Shown: positions 47,791 to 63,517 of the stretch, piece by piece
How positions within the stretch are numbered: position 1 is the first letter of the stretch
Layout of the letters: every line of letters begins with the position of its first letter
Source: Auanema rhodensis
Taxonomy: Eukaryota; Animalia; Nematoda
Direction: 5' to 3'
NCBI GenBank assembly: GCA_964057225.1
Contig: OZ059895.1
Location: forward strand, 12,338,001 to 12,402,000
Length of the DNA: 64,000 nt
Notes under the pieces: model-generated
What the model saw: the letters and a program-made list of their open reading frames with translations, nothing else
Databases searched by the model: none
What the model was told of the DNA's origin: nothing
Translations under genes and position numbers: made by a program

Positions 47791-49001
47791 TTTCAAATTT
47801 TTTTAACGATCATACCACGTTGAAAGTACGCCATGCAGCTGATTCTCAATTTTATCTCTTCCGTAACAAATGTTTTTAATTTTCCAGCAGTTTTACTTAG
47901 ATAGCTCGACCCAAGGCATCAAAATATCTTTAATCTTATTTCTATATTACATTTATAAACCAGTAGTTTATGAACCTTCATCTTAACTTTACTGTTTCTA
48001 TCTATTTCCTATTAAAACAAATGTTGTTTAAATACTATAGAACTGTGAAACCTTTTTTAATTTATTGTATTTGGAGCTCATAAGATTTGATATCATCGAG
48101 GGATTTAGATGTAACGTAGAAAATTGCATAACTAACATGAAATTAGAAAAAAAAACAATAACGAAGATAAGTATGTAAATCATTGAATATCAGATATTTT
48201 CGCTTACGACCATACCACGTTGAAAGTACGCCATGCAGCTGATTCTCAATTTTATCTCTTCCGTAACAAATGTTTTTAATTTTACAGCAGTTTTACTTAG
48301 ATAGCTCAACCCAAGACATCAAAATATCTTTAATCTTTTTTCTATATTACATTTATAAACCAGTAGTTTATGAACCTTCATCTTAACTTTACTGTTTCTA
48401 TCTATTTCCTATTGAAACAAACATTGTTTAAACACTATACAACTGTGAAACCTTTTTTAATTTATTGTATTTGGAGCTCATAAGATTTGATATCATCGAG
48501 GGATTTAGATGTAACGTAGAAAATTACATAACTAACATGAAATTGGAAAAAAAAACAATAACGAGGATAAGTATGTAAATCATTGAATATCAGATATTTT
48601 TGCTCACGACCATACTACGTTGAAAGTACGCCATGCAGCTGATTTTCAATTTTATCTCTTCCGTAACAAATGTTTTTAATTTTCCAGCAGTTTTACTTAG
48701 ATAGCTCAACCCAAGGCATTAAAATATCTTTAATCTTATTTCTATATTACATTTATAAACCAGTAGTTTATGAACCTTCATTTTAACTTTACTGTTTCTA
48801 TCTATTTCCTATTAAAACAAATGCTGTTTAAACACTATACAACTGTGAAACCTTTTTTAATTTATTGTATTTGGAGCTCATAAGATTTGATATCATCGAG
48901 GGATTTAGATGTAACGTAGAAAATTACATAACTAACATGAAATTGGAAAAAAAAACAATAACGAAGATAAGTATGTAAATCATTGAATATCAGATATTTT
49001 C

Positions 49002-49120
49002 GCTTACGATCATACCACGTTGAAAGTACGCCATCCCGTCCGATCTGGCAAGTCAAGCAACGTTGGGCCCGGTTAGTACTTGGATCGGAGACGGCTTGGG
49101 AATCCCGGGTGCCGTAAGCT
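49002..49120 (+). rRNA. 5S rRNA (C9T variant)
   Basis: Full-length copy. Confidence 0.93.
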
Positions 49121-50330
49121 TTTCAAATTTTTTTAACGATCATACCACGTTGAAAGTACGCCATGCAGCTGATTCTCAATTTTATCTCTTCCGTAACAAA
49201 TGTTTTTAATTTTACAGCAGTTTTGCTTAGATAGCTCAACCCAAGACATCAAAATATCTTTAATCTTTTTTCTATATTACATTTATAAACCAGTAGTTTA
49301 TGAACCTTCATCTTAACTTTACTGTTTCTATCTATTTCCTATTGAAACAAACATTGTTTAAACACTATACAACTGTGAAACCTTTTTTAATTTATTGTAT
49401 TTGGAGCTCATAAGATTTGATATCATCGAGGGATTTAGATGTAACGTAGAAAATGCATAACTAACATGAAATTAGAAAAAAAAACAATAACGAAGATAAG
49501 TATGTAAATCATTGAATATCAGATATTTTCGCTTACGACCATACCACGTTGAAAGTACGCCATGCAGCTGATTCTCAATTTTATCTCTTCCGTAACAAAT
49601 GTTTTTAATTTTACAGCAGTTTTACTTAGATAGCTCAACCCAAGACATCAAAATATCTTTAATCTTTTTTCTATATTACATTTATAAACCAGTAGTTTAT
49701 GAACCTTCATCTTAACTTTACTGTTTCTATCTATTTCCTATTGAAACAAACATTGTTTAAACACTATACAACTGTGAAACCTTTTTTAATTTATTGTATT
49801 TGGAGCTCATAAGATTTGATATCATCGAGGGATTTAGATGTAACGTAGAAAATTACATAACTAACATGAAATTGGAAAAAAAAACAATAACGAGGATAAG
49901 TATGTAAATCATTGAATATCAGATATTTTTGCTCACGACCATACTACGTTGAAAGTACGCCATGCAGCTGATTTTCAATTTTATCTCTTCCGTAACAAAT
50001 GTTTTTAATTTTCCAGCAGTTTTACTTAGATAGCTCAACCCAAGGCATCAAAATATCTTTAATCTTATTTCTATATTACATTTATAAACCAGTAGTTTAT
50101 GAACCTTCATTTTAACTTTACTGTTTCTATCTATTTCCTATTAAAACAAATGCTGTTTAAACACTATACAACTGTGAAACCTTTTTTAATTTATTGTATT
50201 TGGAGCTCATAAGATTTGATATCATCGAGGGATTTAGATGTAACGTAGAAAATTACATAACTAACATGAAATTGGAAAAAAAAACAATAACGAAGATAAG
50301 TATGTAAATCATTGAATATCAGATATTTTC

Positions 50331-50449
50331 GCTTACGATCATACCACGTTGAAAGTACGCCATCCCGTCCGATCTGGCAAGTCAAGCAACGTTGGGCCCG
50401 GTTAGTACTTGGATCGGAGACGGCTTGGGAATCCCGGGTGCCGTAAGCT
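50331..50449 (+). rRNA. 5S rRNA (C9T variant)
   Basis: Full-length copy. Confidence 0.93.
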
Positions 50450-50861
50450 TTTCAAATTTTTTTAACGATCATACCACGTTGAAAGTACGCCATGCAGCTG
50501 ATTCTCAATTATATCTCTTCCGTAACAAATGTTTTTAATTTTACAGCAGTTTTACTTAGATAGCTCAACCCAAGACATCAAAATATCTTTAATCTTTTTT
50601 CTATATTACATTTATAAACCAGTAAATTATGAACCTTCATCTTAACTTTACTGTTTCTATCTATTTCCTATTGAAACAAACATTGTTTAAACACTATACA
50701 ACTGTGAAACCTTTTTTAATTTATTGTATTTGGAGCTCATAAGATTTGATATCATCGAGGGATTTAGATGTAACGTAGAAAATTACATAACTAACATGAA
50801 ATTGGAAAAAAAAAACAATAACGAGGATAAGTATGTAAATCATTGAATATCAGGTATTTTC

Positions 50862-50980
50862 GCTTACGACCATACCACGTTGAAAGTACGCCATCCCGTC
50901 CGATCTGGCAAGTCAAGCAACGTTGGGCCCGGTTAGTACTTGGATCGGAGACGGCTTGGGAATCCCGGGTGCCGTAAGCT
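50862..50980 (+). rRNA. 5S rRNA
   Basis: Full-length copy with complete upstream flank. Confidence 0.95.
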
Positions 50981-51778
50981 TTTCAAATTTTTTTAACGAT
51001 CATACCACGTTGAAAGTACGCCATGCAGCTCATTTTCAATTTTATCTCTTCCGTAACAAATGTTTTTAATTTTCCAGCAGTTTTACTTAGAAAGCTCAAC
51101 CGAAGGCAGCAAATTATCTCTAATCTTATTCCTATATCACAGTTATAAACCAGTAGTTTATGAACTTTCATCTTAACTTTACTGTTTCTATCTATTTCCT
51201 ATTGAAACAAACATTGTTTAAACACTATACAACTGTGAAACCTTTTTTAATTTATTGTATTTGGAGCTCATAAGATTTGATATCATCGAGGGATTTAGAT
51301 GTAACGTAGAAAATTACATAACTAACATGAAATTGGAAAAAAAAACAATAACGAGGATAAGTATGTAAATCATTGAATATCAGATATTTTCGCTAACGAC
51401 CATACCACGTTGAAAGTACGCCATGCAGCTGATTTTCAATTTTATCTCTTCCGTAACAAATGTTTTTAATTTTCCAGCAGTTTTACTTAGATAGCTCAAC
51501 CCAAGGCATCAAAATATCTTTAATCTTATTTCTACATTACATTTATGAACCAGTAGTTTATGAACCTTCATCTTAACTTTACTGTTTCTATCTATTTCCT
51601 ATTGAAACAAATGTTGTTTAAACACTATACAACTGTGAAACCTTTTTTAATTTATTGTATTCGGAGCTCATAAGATTTGATATCATCGAGGGATTTGGAT
51701 GTAACGTAGAAAATTACATAACTAACATGAAATTGGAAAAAAAAACAATAACGAGGATAAGTATGTAAATCATTGAAA

Positions 51779-51897
51779 GCTTACGACCATACCACGTTGA
51801 AAGTACGCCATCCCGTCCGATCTGGCAAGTCAAGCAACGTTGGGCCCGGTTAGTACTTGGATCGGAGACGGCTTGGGAATCCCGGGTGCCGTAAGCT
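51779..51897 (+). rRNA. 5S rRNA
   Basis: Full-length copy. Confidence 0.95.
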
Positions 51898-53094
51898 TTT
51901 CAAATTTTTTTAACGATCATACCACGTTGAAAGTAAGCCATGCAGCTGATTCTCAATTTTATCTCTTCCGTAACAAATGTTTTAATTTTCCAGCAGTTTT
52001 ACTTAGATAGCTCGACCCAAGGCATCAAAATATCTTTAATCTTATTTCTATATTACATTTATAAACCAGTAGTTTATGAACCTTCATCTTAACTTTACTG
52101 TTTCTATCTATCTCCTATTAAAACAAATGTTGTTTAAATACTATAGAACTGTGAAACCTTTTTTAATTTATTGTATTTGGAGCTCATAAGATTTGATATC
52201 ATCGAGGGATTTAGATGTAACGTAGAAAATTGCATAACTAACATGAAATTAGAAAAAAAAACAATAACGAAGATAAGTATGTAAATCATTGAATATCAGA
52301 TATTTTCGCTTACGACCATACCACGTTGAAAGTACGCCATGCAGCTGATTCTCAATTTTATCTCTTCCGTAACAAATGTTTTTAATTTTCCAGCAGTTTT
52401 ACTTAGATAGCTCGACCCAAGGCATCAAAATATCTTTAATCTTATTTCTATATTACATTTATAAACCAGTAGTTTATGAACCTTCATCTTAACTTTACTG
52501 TTTCTATCTATTTCCTATTAAAACAAATGTTGTTTAAATACTATAGAACTGTGAAACCTTTTTTAATTTATTGTATTTGGAGCTCATAAGATTTGATATC
52601 ATCGAGGGATTTAGATGTAACGTAGAAAATTGCATAACTAACATGAAATTAGAAAAAAAAACAATAACGAAGATAAGTATGTAAATCATTGAATATCAGA
52701 TATTTTCGCTTACGACCATACCACGTTGAAAGTACGCCATGCAGCTGATTTTCAATTTTATCTCTTCCGTAACAAATGTTTTTAATTTTCCAGCAGTTTT
52801 ACTTAGATAGCTCAACCCAAGGCATCAAAATATCTTCAATCTTATTTCTATATTACATTTATAAACCAGTAGTTTATGAACCTTCATCTTAACTTTACTG
52901 TTTCTATCTACTTCCTATTGAAACAAACGTTGTTTAAACACTATACAACTGTGAAACCTTTTTTAATTTATTGTATTCGGAGCTCATAAGATTTGATATC
53001 ATCGAGGGATTTGGATGTAACGTAGAAAATTACATAACTAACATGAAATTGGAAAAAAAAACAATAACGAGGATAAGTATGTAAATCATTGAAA

Positions 53095-53213
53095 GCTTAC
53101 GACCATACCACGTTGAAAGTACGCCATCCCGTCCGATCTGGCAAGTCAAGCAACGTTGGGCCCGGTTAGTACTTGGATCGGAGACGGCTTGGGAATCCCG
53201 GGTGCCGTAAGCT
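53095..53213 (+). rRNA. 5S rRNA
   Basis: Full-length copy. Confidence 0.95.
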
Positions 53214-54424
53214 TTTCAAATTTTTTTAACGATCATACCACGTTGAAAGTACGCCATGCAGCTGATTCTCAATTTTATCTCTTCCGTAACAAATGTTTTT
53301 AATTTTCCAGCAGTTTTACTTAGATAGCTCGACCCAAGGCATCAAAATATCTTTAATCTTATTTCTATATTACATTTATAAACCAGTAGTTTATGAACCT
53401 TCATCTTAACTTTACTGTTTCTATCTATTTCCTATTAAAACAAATGTTGTTTAAATACTATAGAACTGTGAAACCTTTTTTAATTTATTGTATTTGGAGC
53501 TCATAAGATTTGATATCATCGAGGGATTTAGATGTAACGTAGAAAATTGCATAACTAACATGAAATTAGAAAAAAAAACAATAACGAAGATAAGTATGTA
53601 AATCATTGAATATCAGATATTTTCGCTTACGACCATACCACGTTGAAAGTACGCCATGCAGCTGATTCTCAATTTTATCTCTTCCGTAACAAATGTTTTT
53701 AATTTTACAGCAGTTTTACTTAGATAGCTCAACCCAAGACATCAAAATATCTTTAATCTTTTTTCTATATTACATTTATAAACCAGTAGTTTATGAACCT
53801 TCATCTTAACTTTACTGTTTCTATCTATTTCCTATTGAAACAAACATTGTTTAAACACTATACAACTGTGAAACCTTTTTTAATTTATTGTATTTGGAGC
53901 TCATAAGATTTGATATCATCGAGGGATTTAGATGTAACGTAGAAAATTACATAACTAACATGAAATTGGAAAAAAAAACAATAACGAGGATAAGTATGTA
54001 AATCATTGAATATCAGATATTTTTGCTCACGACCATACTACGTTGAAAGTACGCCATGCAGCTGATTTTCAATTTTATCTCTTCCGTAACAAATGTTTTT
54101 AATTTTCCAGCAGTTTTACTTAGATAGCTCAACCCAAGGCATTAAAATATCTTTAATCTTATTTCTATATTACATTTATAAACCAGTAGTTTATGAACCT
54201 TCATTTTAACTTTACTGTTTCTATCTATTTCCTATTAAAACAAATGCTGTTTAAACACTATACAACTGTGAAACCTTTTTTAATTTATTGTATTTGGAGC
54301 TCATAAGATTTGATATCATCGAGGGATTTAGATGTAACGTAGAAAATTACATAACTAACATGAAATTGGAAAAAAAAACAATAACGAAGATAAGTATGTA
54401 AATCATTGAATATCAGATATTTTC

Positions 54425-54543
54425 GCTTACGATCATACCACGTTGAAAGTACGCCATCCCGTCCGATCTGGCAAGTCAAGCAACGTTGGGCCCGGTTAGT
54501 ACTTGGATCGGAGACGGCTTGGGAATCCCGGGTGCCGTAAGCT
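54425..54543 (+). rRNA. 5S rRNA (C9T variant)
   Basis: Full-length copy. Confidence 0.93.
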
Positions 54544-55753
54544 TTTCAAATTTTTTTAACGATCATACCACGTTGAAAGTACGCCATGCAGCTGATTCTC
54601 AATTTTATCTCTTCCGTAACAAATGTTTTTAATTTTACAGCAGTTTTGCTTAGATAGCTCAACCCAAGACATCAAAATATCTTTAATCTTTTTTCTATAT
54701 TACATTTATAAACCAGTAGTTTATGAACCTTCATCTTAACTTTACTGTTTCTATCTATTTCCTATTGAAACAAACATTGTTTAAACACTATACAACTGTG
54801 AAACCTTTTTTAATTTATTGTATTTGGAGCTCATAAGATTTGATATCATCGAGGGATTTAGATGTAACGTAGAAAATGCATAACTAACATGAAATTAGAA
54901 AAAAAAACAATAACGAAGATAAGTATGTAAATCATTGAATATCAGATATTTTCGCTTACGACCATACCACGTTGAAAGTACGCCATGCAGCTGATTCTCA
55001 ATTTTATCTCTTCCGTAACAAATGTTTTTAATTTTACAGCAGTTTTACTTAGATAGCTCAACCCAAGACATCAAAATATCTTTAATCTTTTTTCTATATT
55101 ACATTTATAAACCAGTAGTTTATGAACCTTCATCTTAACTTTACTGTTTCTATCTATTTCCTATTGAAACAAACATTGTTTAAACACTATACAACTGTGA
55201 AACCTTTTTTAATTTATTGTATTTGGAGCTCATAAGATTTGATATCATCGAGGGATTTAGATGTAACGTAGAAAATTACATAACTAACATGAAATTGGAA
55301 AAAAAAACAATAACGAGGATAAGTATGTAAATCATTGAATATCAGATATTTTTGCTCACGACCATACTACGTTGAAAGTACGCCATGCAGCTGATTTTCA
55401 ATTTTATCTCTTCCGTAACAAATGTTTTTAATTTTCCAGCAGTTTTACTTAGATAGCTCAACCCAAGGCATCAAAATATCTTTAATCTTATTTCTATATT
55501 ACATTTATAAACCAGTAGTTTATGAACCTTCATTTTAACTTTACTGTTTCTATCTATTTCCTATTAAAACAAATGCTGTTTAAACACTATACAACTGTGA
55601 AACCTTTTTTAATTTATTGTATTTGGAGCTCATAAGATTTGATATCATCGAGGGATTTAGATGTAACGTAGAAAATTACATAACTAACATGAAATTGGAA
55701 AAAAAAACAATAACGAAGATAAGTATGTAAATCATTGAATATCAGATATTTTC

Positions 55754-55872
55754 GCTTACGATCATACCACGTTGAAAGTACGCCATCCCGTCCGATCTGG
55801 CAAGTCAAGCAACGTTGGGCCCGGTTAGTACTTGGATCGGAGACGGCTTGGGAATCCCGGGTGCCGTAAGCT
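55754..55872 (+). rRNA. 5S rRNA (C9T variant)
   Basis: Full-length copy. Confidence 0.93.
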
Positions 55873-56671
55873 TTTCAAATTTTTTTAACGATCATACCAC
55901 GTTGAAAGTACGCCATGCAGCTGATTCTCAATTATATCTCTTCCGTAACAAATGTTTTTAATTTTACAGCAGTTTTACTTAGATAGCTCAACCCAAGACA
56001 TCAAAATATCTTTAATCTTTTTTCTATATTACATTTATAAACCAGTAAATTATGAACCTTCATCTTAACTTTACTGTTTCTATCTATTTCCTATTGAAAC
56101 AAACATTGTTTAAACACTATACAACTGTGAAACCTTTTTTAATTTATTGTATTTGGAGCTCATAAGATTTGATATCATCGAGGGATTTAGATGTAACGTA
56201 GAAAATTACATAACTAACATGAAATTGGAAAAAAAAAACAATAACGAGGATAAGTATGTAAATCATTGAATATCAGATATTTTTGCTCACGACCATACTA
56301 CGTTGAAAGTACGCCATGCAGCCGATTTTCAATTTTATCTCTTCCGTAACAAATGTTTTTAATTTTCCAGCAGTTTTACTTAGATAGCTCAACTCAAGGC
56401 ATCAAAATATCTTCAATCTTATTTCTATATTACATTTATAAACCAGTAGTTTATGAACTTTCATCTTAACTTTACTGTTTCTATCTATTTCCTATTGAAA
56501 CAAACATTGTTTAAACACTATAAAACTGTGAAACCTTTTTTAATTTATTGTATTTGGAGCTCATAAGATTTGATATCATCGAGGGATTTAGATGTAACGT
56601 AGAAAATTACATAACTAACATGAAATTGGAAAAAAAAACAATAACGAGGATAAGTATGTAAATCATTGAAA

Positions 56672-56790
56672 GCTTACGACCATACCACGTTGAAAGTACG
56701 CCATCCCGTCCGATCTGGCAAGTCAAGCAACGTTGGGCCCGGTTAGTACTTGGATCGGAGACGGCATCGGAATCCCGGGTGCCGTAAGCT
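56672..56790 (+). rRNA. 5S rRNA (variant GGCATCGG)
   Basis: Full length, two substitutions near the C-box end. Confidence 0.88.
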
Positions 56791-57188
56791 TTTCAAATTT
56801 TTTTACCGATCATGCCACGTTGAAAGAACGCCATGCAGCTGATTTTCAATTTTATCTCTTCCGTAACAAATGTTTTTAATTTTCCAGCAGTTTTACTCAG
56901 ATAGCTCAACCCAAGGCATCAAAATATCTTCAATCTTATTTCTATACTACATTTATAAACCAGTAGTTTATGAACCTTCATCTTAAGTTTACTGTTTCTA
57001 TCTATTTCCTATTGAAACAAACATTGTTTAAACACTATAAAACTGTGAAACCTTTTTTAATTTATTGTATTTGGAGCTCATAAGATTTGATATTATCGAG
57101 GGATTTAGATGTAACGTAGAAAATTACATAACTAACATGAAATTGGAAAAAAAAACAATAACGAGGATAAGTATGTAAATCATTGAAA

Positions 57189-57307
57189 GCTTACGACCAT
57201 ACCACGTTGAAAGTACGCCATCCCGTCCGATCTGGCAAGTCAAGCAACGTTGGGCCCGGTTAGTACTTGGATCGGAGACGGCTTGGGAATCCCGGGTGCC
57301 GTAAGCT
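57189..57307 (+). rRNA. 5S rRNA
   Basis: Full-length copy. Confidence 0.95.
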
Positions 57308-58105
57308 TTTCAAATTTTTTTAACGATCATACCACGTTGAAAGTACGCCATGCAGCTGATTCTCAATTTTATCTCTTCCGTAACAAATGTTTTTAATTTT
57401 ACAGCAGTTTTACTTAGATAGCTCAACCCAAGGCATCAAAATATCTTCAATCTTTTTTCTATATTACATTTATAAACCAGTAAATTATGAACCTTCATCT
57501 TAACTTTACTGTTTCTATCTATTTCCTATTGAAACAAACATTGTTTAAACACTATACAACTGTGAAACCTTTTTTAATTTATTGTATTTGGAGCTCATAA
57601 GATTTGATATCATCGAGGGATTTAGATGTAACGTAGAAAATTGCATAACTAACATGAAATTAGAAAAAAAAACAATAACGAAGATAAGTATGCAAATCAT
57701 TGAATATCAGATATTTTCGCTTACGACCATACCACGTTGAAAGTACGCCATGCAGCTGATTTTCAATTTTATCTCTTCCGTAACAAATGTTTTTAATTTT
57801 CCAGCAGTTTTACTTAGATAGCTCAACCCAAGGCATCAAAATATCTTTAATCTTATTTCTACATTACATTTATGAACCAGTAGTTTATGAACCTTCATCT
57901 TAACTTTACTGTTTCTATCTATTTCCTATTGAAACAAATGTTGTTTAAACACTATACAACTGTGAAACCTTTTTTAATTTATTGTATTCGGAGCTCATAA
58001 GATTTGATATCATCGAGGGATTTGGATGTAACGTAGAAAATTACATAACTAACATGAAATTGGAAAAAAAAACAATAACGAGGATAAGTATGTAAATCAT
58101 TGAAA

Positions 58106-58224
58106 GCTTACGACCATACCACGTTGAAAGTACGCCATCCCGTCCGATCTGGCAAGTCAAGCAACGTTGGGCCCGGTTAGTACTTGGATCGGAGACGGCT
58201 TGGGAATCCCGGGTGCCGTAAGCT
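58106..58224 (+). rRNA. 5S rRNA
   Basis: Full-length copy. Confidence 0.95.
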
Positions 58225-59022
58225 TTTCAAATTTTTTTAACGATCATACCACGTTGAAAGTAAGCCATGCAGCTGATTCTCAATTTTATCTCTTCCGTAA
58301 CAAATGTTTTTAATTTTCCAGCAGTTTTACTTAGATAGCTCGACCCAAGGCATCAAAATATCTTTAATCTTATTTCTATATTACATTTATAAACCAGTAG
58401 TTTATGAACCTTCATCTTAACTTTACTGTTTCTATCTATCTCCTATTAAAACAAATGTTGTTTAAATACTATAGAACTGTGAAACCTTTTTTAATTTATT
58501 GTATTTGGAGCTCATAAGATTTGATATCATCGAGGGATTTAGATGTAACGTAGAAAATTGCATAACTAACATGAAATTAGAAAAAAAAACAATAACGAAG
58601 ATAAGTATGTAAATCATTGAATATCAGATATTTTCGCTTACGACCATACCACGTTGAAAGTACGCCATGCAGCTGATTTTCAATTTTATCTCTTCCGTAA
58701 CAAATGTTTTTAATTTTCCAGCAGTTTTACTTAGATAGCTCAACCCAAGGCATCAAAATATCTTCAATCTTATTTCTATATTACATTTATAAACCAGTAG
58801 TTTATGAACCTTCATCTTAACTTTACTGTTTCTATCTACTTCCTATTGAAACAAACGTTGTTTAAACACTATACAACTGTGAAACCTTTTTTAATTTATT
58901 GTATTCGGAGCTCATAAGATTTGATATCATCGAGGGATTTGGATGTAACGTAGAAAATTACATAACTAACATGAAATTGGAAAAAAAAACAATAACGAGG
59001 ATAAGTATGTAAATCATTGAAA

Positions 59023-59141
59023 GCTTACGACCATACCACGTTGAAAGTACGCCATCCCGTCCGATCTGGCAAGTCAAGCAACGTTGGGCCCGGTTAGTAC
59101 TTGGATCGGAGACGGCTTGGGAATCCCGGGTGCCGTAAGCT
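59023..59141 (+). rRNA. 5S rRNA
   Basis: Full-length copy. Confidence 0.95.
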
Positions 59142-59940
59142 TTTCAAATTTTTTTAACGATCATACCACGTTGAAAGTACGCCATGCAGCTGATTCTCAA
59201 TTTTATCTCTTCCGTAACAAATGTTTTTAATTTTCCAGCAGTTTTACTTAGATAGCTCGACCCAAGGCATCAAAATATCTTTAATCTTATTTCTATATTA
59301 CATTTATAAACCAGTAGTTTATGAACCTTCATCTTAACTTTACTGTTTCTATCTATTTCCTATTAAAACAAATGTTGTTTAAATACTATAGAACTGTGAA
59401 ACCTTTTTTAATTTATTGTATTTGGAGCTCATAAGATTTGATATCATCGAGGGATTTAGATGTAACGTAGAAAATTGCATAACTAACATGAAATTAGAAA
59501 AAAAAACAATAACGAAGATAAGTATGTAAATCATTGAATATCAGATATTTTCGCTTACGACCATACCACGTTGAAAGTACGCCATGCAGCTGATTTTCAA
59601 TTTTATCTCTTCCGTAACAAATGTTTTTAATTTTCCAGCAGTTTTACTTAGATAGCTCAACCCAAGGCATCAAAATATCTTCAATCTTATTTCTATATTA
59701 CATTTATAAACCAGTAGTTTATGAACCTTCATCTTAACTTTACTGTTTCTATCTACTTCCTATTGAAACAAACGTTGTTTAAACACTATACAACTGTGAA
59801 ACCTTTTTTAATTTATTGTATTTGGAGCTCATAAGATTTGATATCATCGAGGGATTTAGATGTAACGTAGAAAATTACATAACTAACATGAAATTGGAAA
59901 AAAAAAACAATAACGAGGATAAGTATGTAAATCATTGAAA

Positions 59941-60059
59941 GCTTACGACCATACCACGTTGAAAGTACGCCATCCCGTCCGATCTGGCAAGTCAAGCAAC
60001 GTTGGGCCCGGTTAGTACTTGGATCGGAGACGGCTTGGGAATCCCGGGTGCCGTAAGCT
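59941..60059 (+). rRNA. 5S rRNA
   Basis: Full-length copy. Confidence 0.95.
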
Positions 60060-60870
60060 TTTCAAATTTTTTTAACGATCATACCACGTTGAAAGTACGC
60101 CATGCAGCTGATTCTCAATTTTATCTCTTCCGTAACAAATGTTTTTAATTTTACAGCAGTTTTACTTAGATAGCTCAACCCAAGACATCAAAATATCTTT
60201 AATCTTTTTTCTATATTACATTTATAAACCAGTAGTTTATGAACCTTCATCTTAACTTTGCTGTTTCTATCTATTTCCTATTGAAACAAACATTGTTTAA
60301 ACACTATACAACTGTGAAACCTTTTTTAATTTATTGTATTTGGAGCTCATAAGATTTGATATCATCGAGGGATTTAGATGTAACGTAGAAAATTACATAA
60401 CTAACATGAAATTGGAAAAAAAAACAATAACGAGGATAAGTATGTAAATCATTGAATATCAGATATTTTTGCTCACGACCATACTACGTTGAAAGTACGC
60501 CATGCAGCTGATTTTCAATTTTATCTCTTCCGTAACAAATGTTTTTAATTTTCCAGCAGTTTTACTTAGATAGCTCAACCCAAGGCATTAAAATATCTTT
60601 AATCTTATTTCTATATTACATTTATAAACCAGTAGTTTATGAACCTTCATTTTAACTTTACTGTTTCTATCTATTTCCTATTAAAACAAATGCTGTTTAA
60701 ACACTATACAACTGTGAAACCTTTTTTAATTTATTGTATTTGGAGCTCATAAGATTTGATATCATCGAGGGATTTAGATGTAACGTAGAAAATTACATAA
60801 CTAACATGAAATTGGAAAAAAAAACAATAACGAAGATAAGTATGTAAATCATTGAATATCAGATATTTTC

Positions 60871-60989
60871 GCTTACGATCATACCACGTTGAAAGTACGC
60901 CATCCCGTCCGATCTGGCAAGTCAAGCAACGTTGGGCCCGGTTAGTACTTGGATCGGAGACGGCTTGGGAATCCCGGGTGCCGTAAGCT
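60871..60989 (+). rRNA. 5S rRNA (C9T variant)
   Basis: Full-length copy. Confidence 0.93.
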
Positions 60990-62599
60990 TTTCAAATTTT
61001 TTTAACGATCATACCACGTTGAAAGTACGCCATGCAGCTGATTCTCAATTTTATCTCTTCCGTAACAAATGTTTTTAATTTTACAGCAGTTTTGCTTAGA
61101 TAGCTCAACCCAAGACATATAAATATCTTTAATCTTTTTTCTATATTACATTTATAAACCAGTAGTTTATGAACCTTCATCTTAACTTTACTGTTTCTAT
61201 CTATTTCCTATTGAAACAAACATTGTTTAAACACTATACAACTGTGAAACCTTTTTTAATTTATTGTATTTGGAGCTCATAAGATTTGATATCATCGAGG
61301 GATTTAGATGTAACGTAGAAAATTGCATAACTAACATGAAATTAGAAAAAAAAACAATAACGAAGATAAGTATGTAAATCATTGAATATCAGATATTTTC
61401 GCTTACGACCATACCACGTTGAAAGTACGCCATGCAGCTGATTCTCAATTTTATCTCTTCCGTAACAAATGTTTTTAATTTTACAGCAGTTTTACTTAGA
61501 TAGCTCAACCCAAGACATCAAAATATCTTTAATCTTTTTTCTATATTACATTTATAAACCAGTAGTTTATGAACCTTCATCTTAACTTTACTGTTTCTAT
61601 CTATTTCCTATTGAAACAAACATTGTTTAAACACTATACAACTGTGAAACCTTTTTTAATTTATTGTATTTGGAGCTCATAAGATTTGATATCATCGAGG
61701 GATTTAGATGTAACGTAGAAAATTACATAACTAACATGAAATTGAAAAAAAAACAATAACGAGGATAAGTATGTAAATCATTGAATATCAGATATTTTTG
61801 CTCACGACCATACTACGTTGAAAGTACGCCATGCAGCTGATTTTCAATTTTATCTCTTCCGTAACAAATGTTTTTAATTTTCCAGCAGTTTTACTTAGAT
61901 AGCTCAACCCAAGGCATCAAAATATCTTTAATCTTATTTCTATATTACATTTATAAACCAGTAGTTTATGAACCTTCATTTTAACTTTACTGTTTCTATC
62001 TATTTCCTATTAAAACAAATGCTGTTTAAACACTATACAACTGTGAAACCTTTTTTAATTTATTGTATTTGGAGCTCATAAGATTTGATATCATCGAGGG
62101 ATTTAGATGTAACGTAGAAAATTACATAACTAACATGAAATTGGAAAAAAAAACAATAACGAAGATAAGTATGTAAATCATTGAATATCAGATATTTTCG
62201 CTAACGACCATACCACGTTGAAAGTACGCCATGCAGCTGATTTTCAATTTTATCTCTTCCGTAACAAATGTTTTTAATTTTACAGCAGTTTTACTTAGAT
62301 AGCTCAACCCAAGGCATCAAAATATCTTTAATCTTATTTCTATATTACATTTATAAACCAGTAGTTTATGAACCTTCATTTTAACTTTACTGTTTCTATC
62401 TATTTCCTATTAAAACAAATGCTGTTTAAACACTATACAACTGTGAAACCTTTTTTAATTTATTGTATTTGGAGCTCATAAGATTTGATATCATCGAGGG
62501 ATTTAGATGTAACGTAGAAAATTACATAACTAACATGAAATTGGAAAAAAAAACAATAACGAAGATAAGTATGTAAATCATTGAATATCAGATATTTTC

Positions 62600-62718
62600 G
62601 CTTACGATCATACCACGTTGAAAGTACGCCATCCCGTCCGATCTGGCAAGTCAAGCAACGTTGGGCCCGGTTAGTACTTGGATCGGAGACGGCTTGGGAA
62701 TCCCGGGTGCCGTAAGCT
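62600..62718 (+). rRNA. 5S rRNA (C9T variant)
   Basis: Full-length copy. Confidence 0.93.
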
Positions 62719-63517
62719 TTTCAAATTTTTTTAACGATCATACCACGTTGAAAGTACGCACATGCAGCTGATTCTCAATTATATCTCTTCCGTAACAAAT
62801 GTTTTTAATTTTACAGCAGTTTTACTTAGATAGCTCAACCCAAGACATCAAAATATCTTTAATCTTTTTTCTATATTACATTTATAAACCAGTAAATTAT
62901 GAACCTTCATCTTAACTTTACTGTTTCTATCTATTTCCTATTGAAACAAACATTGTTTAAACACTATACAACTGTGAAACCTTTTTTAATTTATTGTATT
63001 TGGAGCTCATAAGATTTGATATCATCGAGGGATTTAGATGTAACGTAGAAAATTACATAACTAACATGAAATTGGAAAAAAAAACAATAACGAGGATAAG
63101 TATGTAAATCATTGAATATCAGATATTTTTGCTCACGACCATACTACGTTGAAAGTACGCCATGCAGCCGATTTTCAATTTTATCTCTTCCGTAACAAAT
63201 GTTTTTAATTTTCCAGCAGTTTTACTTAGATAGCTCAACCCAAGGCATCAAAATATCTTCAATCTTATTTCTATATTACATTTATAAACCAGTAGTTTAT
63301 GAACTTTCATCTTAACTTTACTGTTTCTATCTATTTCCTATTGAAACAAACATTGTTTAAACACTATAAAACTGTGAAACCTTTTTTAATTTATTGTATT
63401 TGGAGCTCATAAGATTTGATATCATCGAGGGATTTAGATGTAACGTAGAAAATTACATAACTAACATGAAATTGGAAAAAAAAACAATAACGAGGATAAG
63501 TATGTAAATCATTGAAA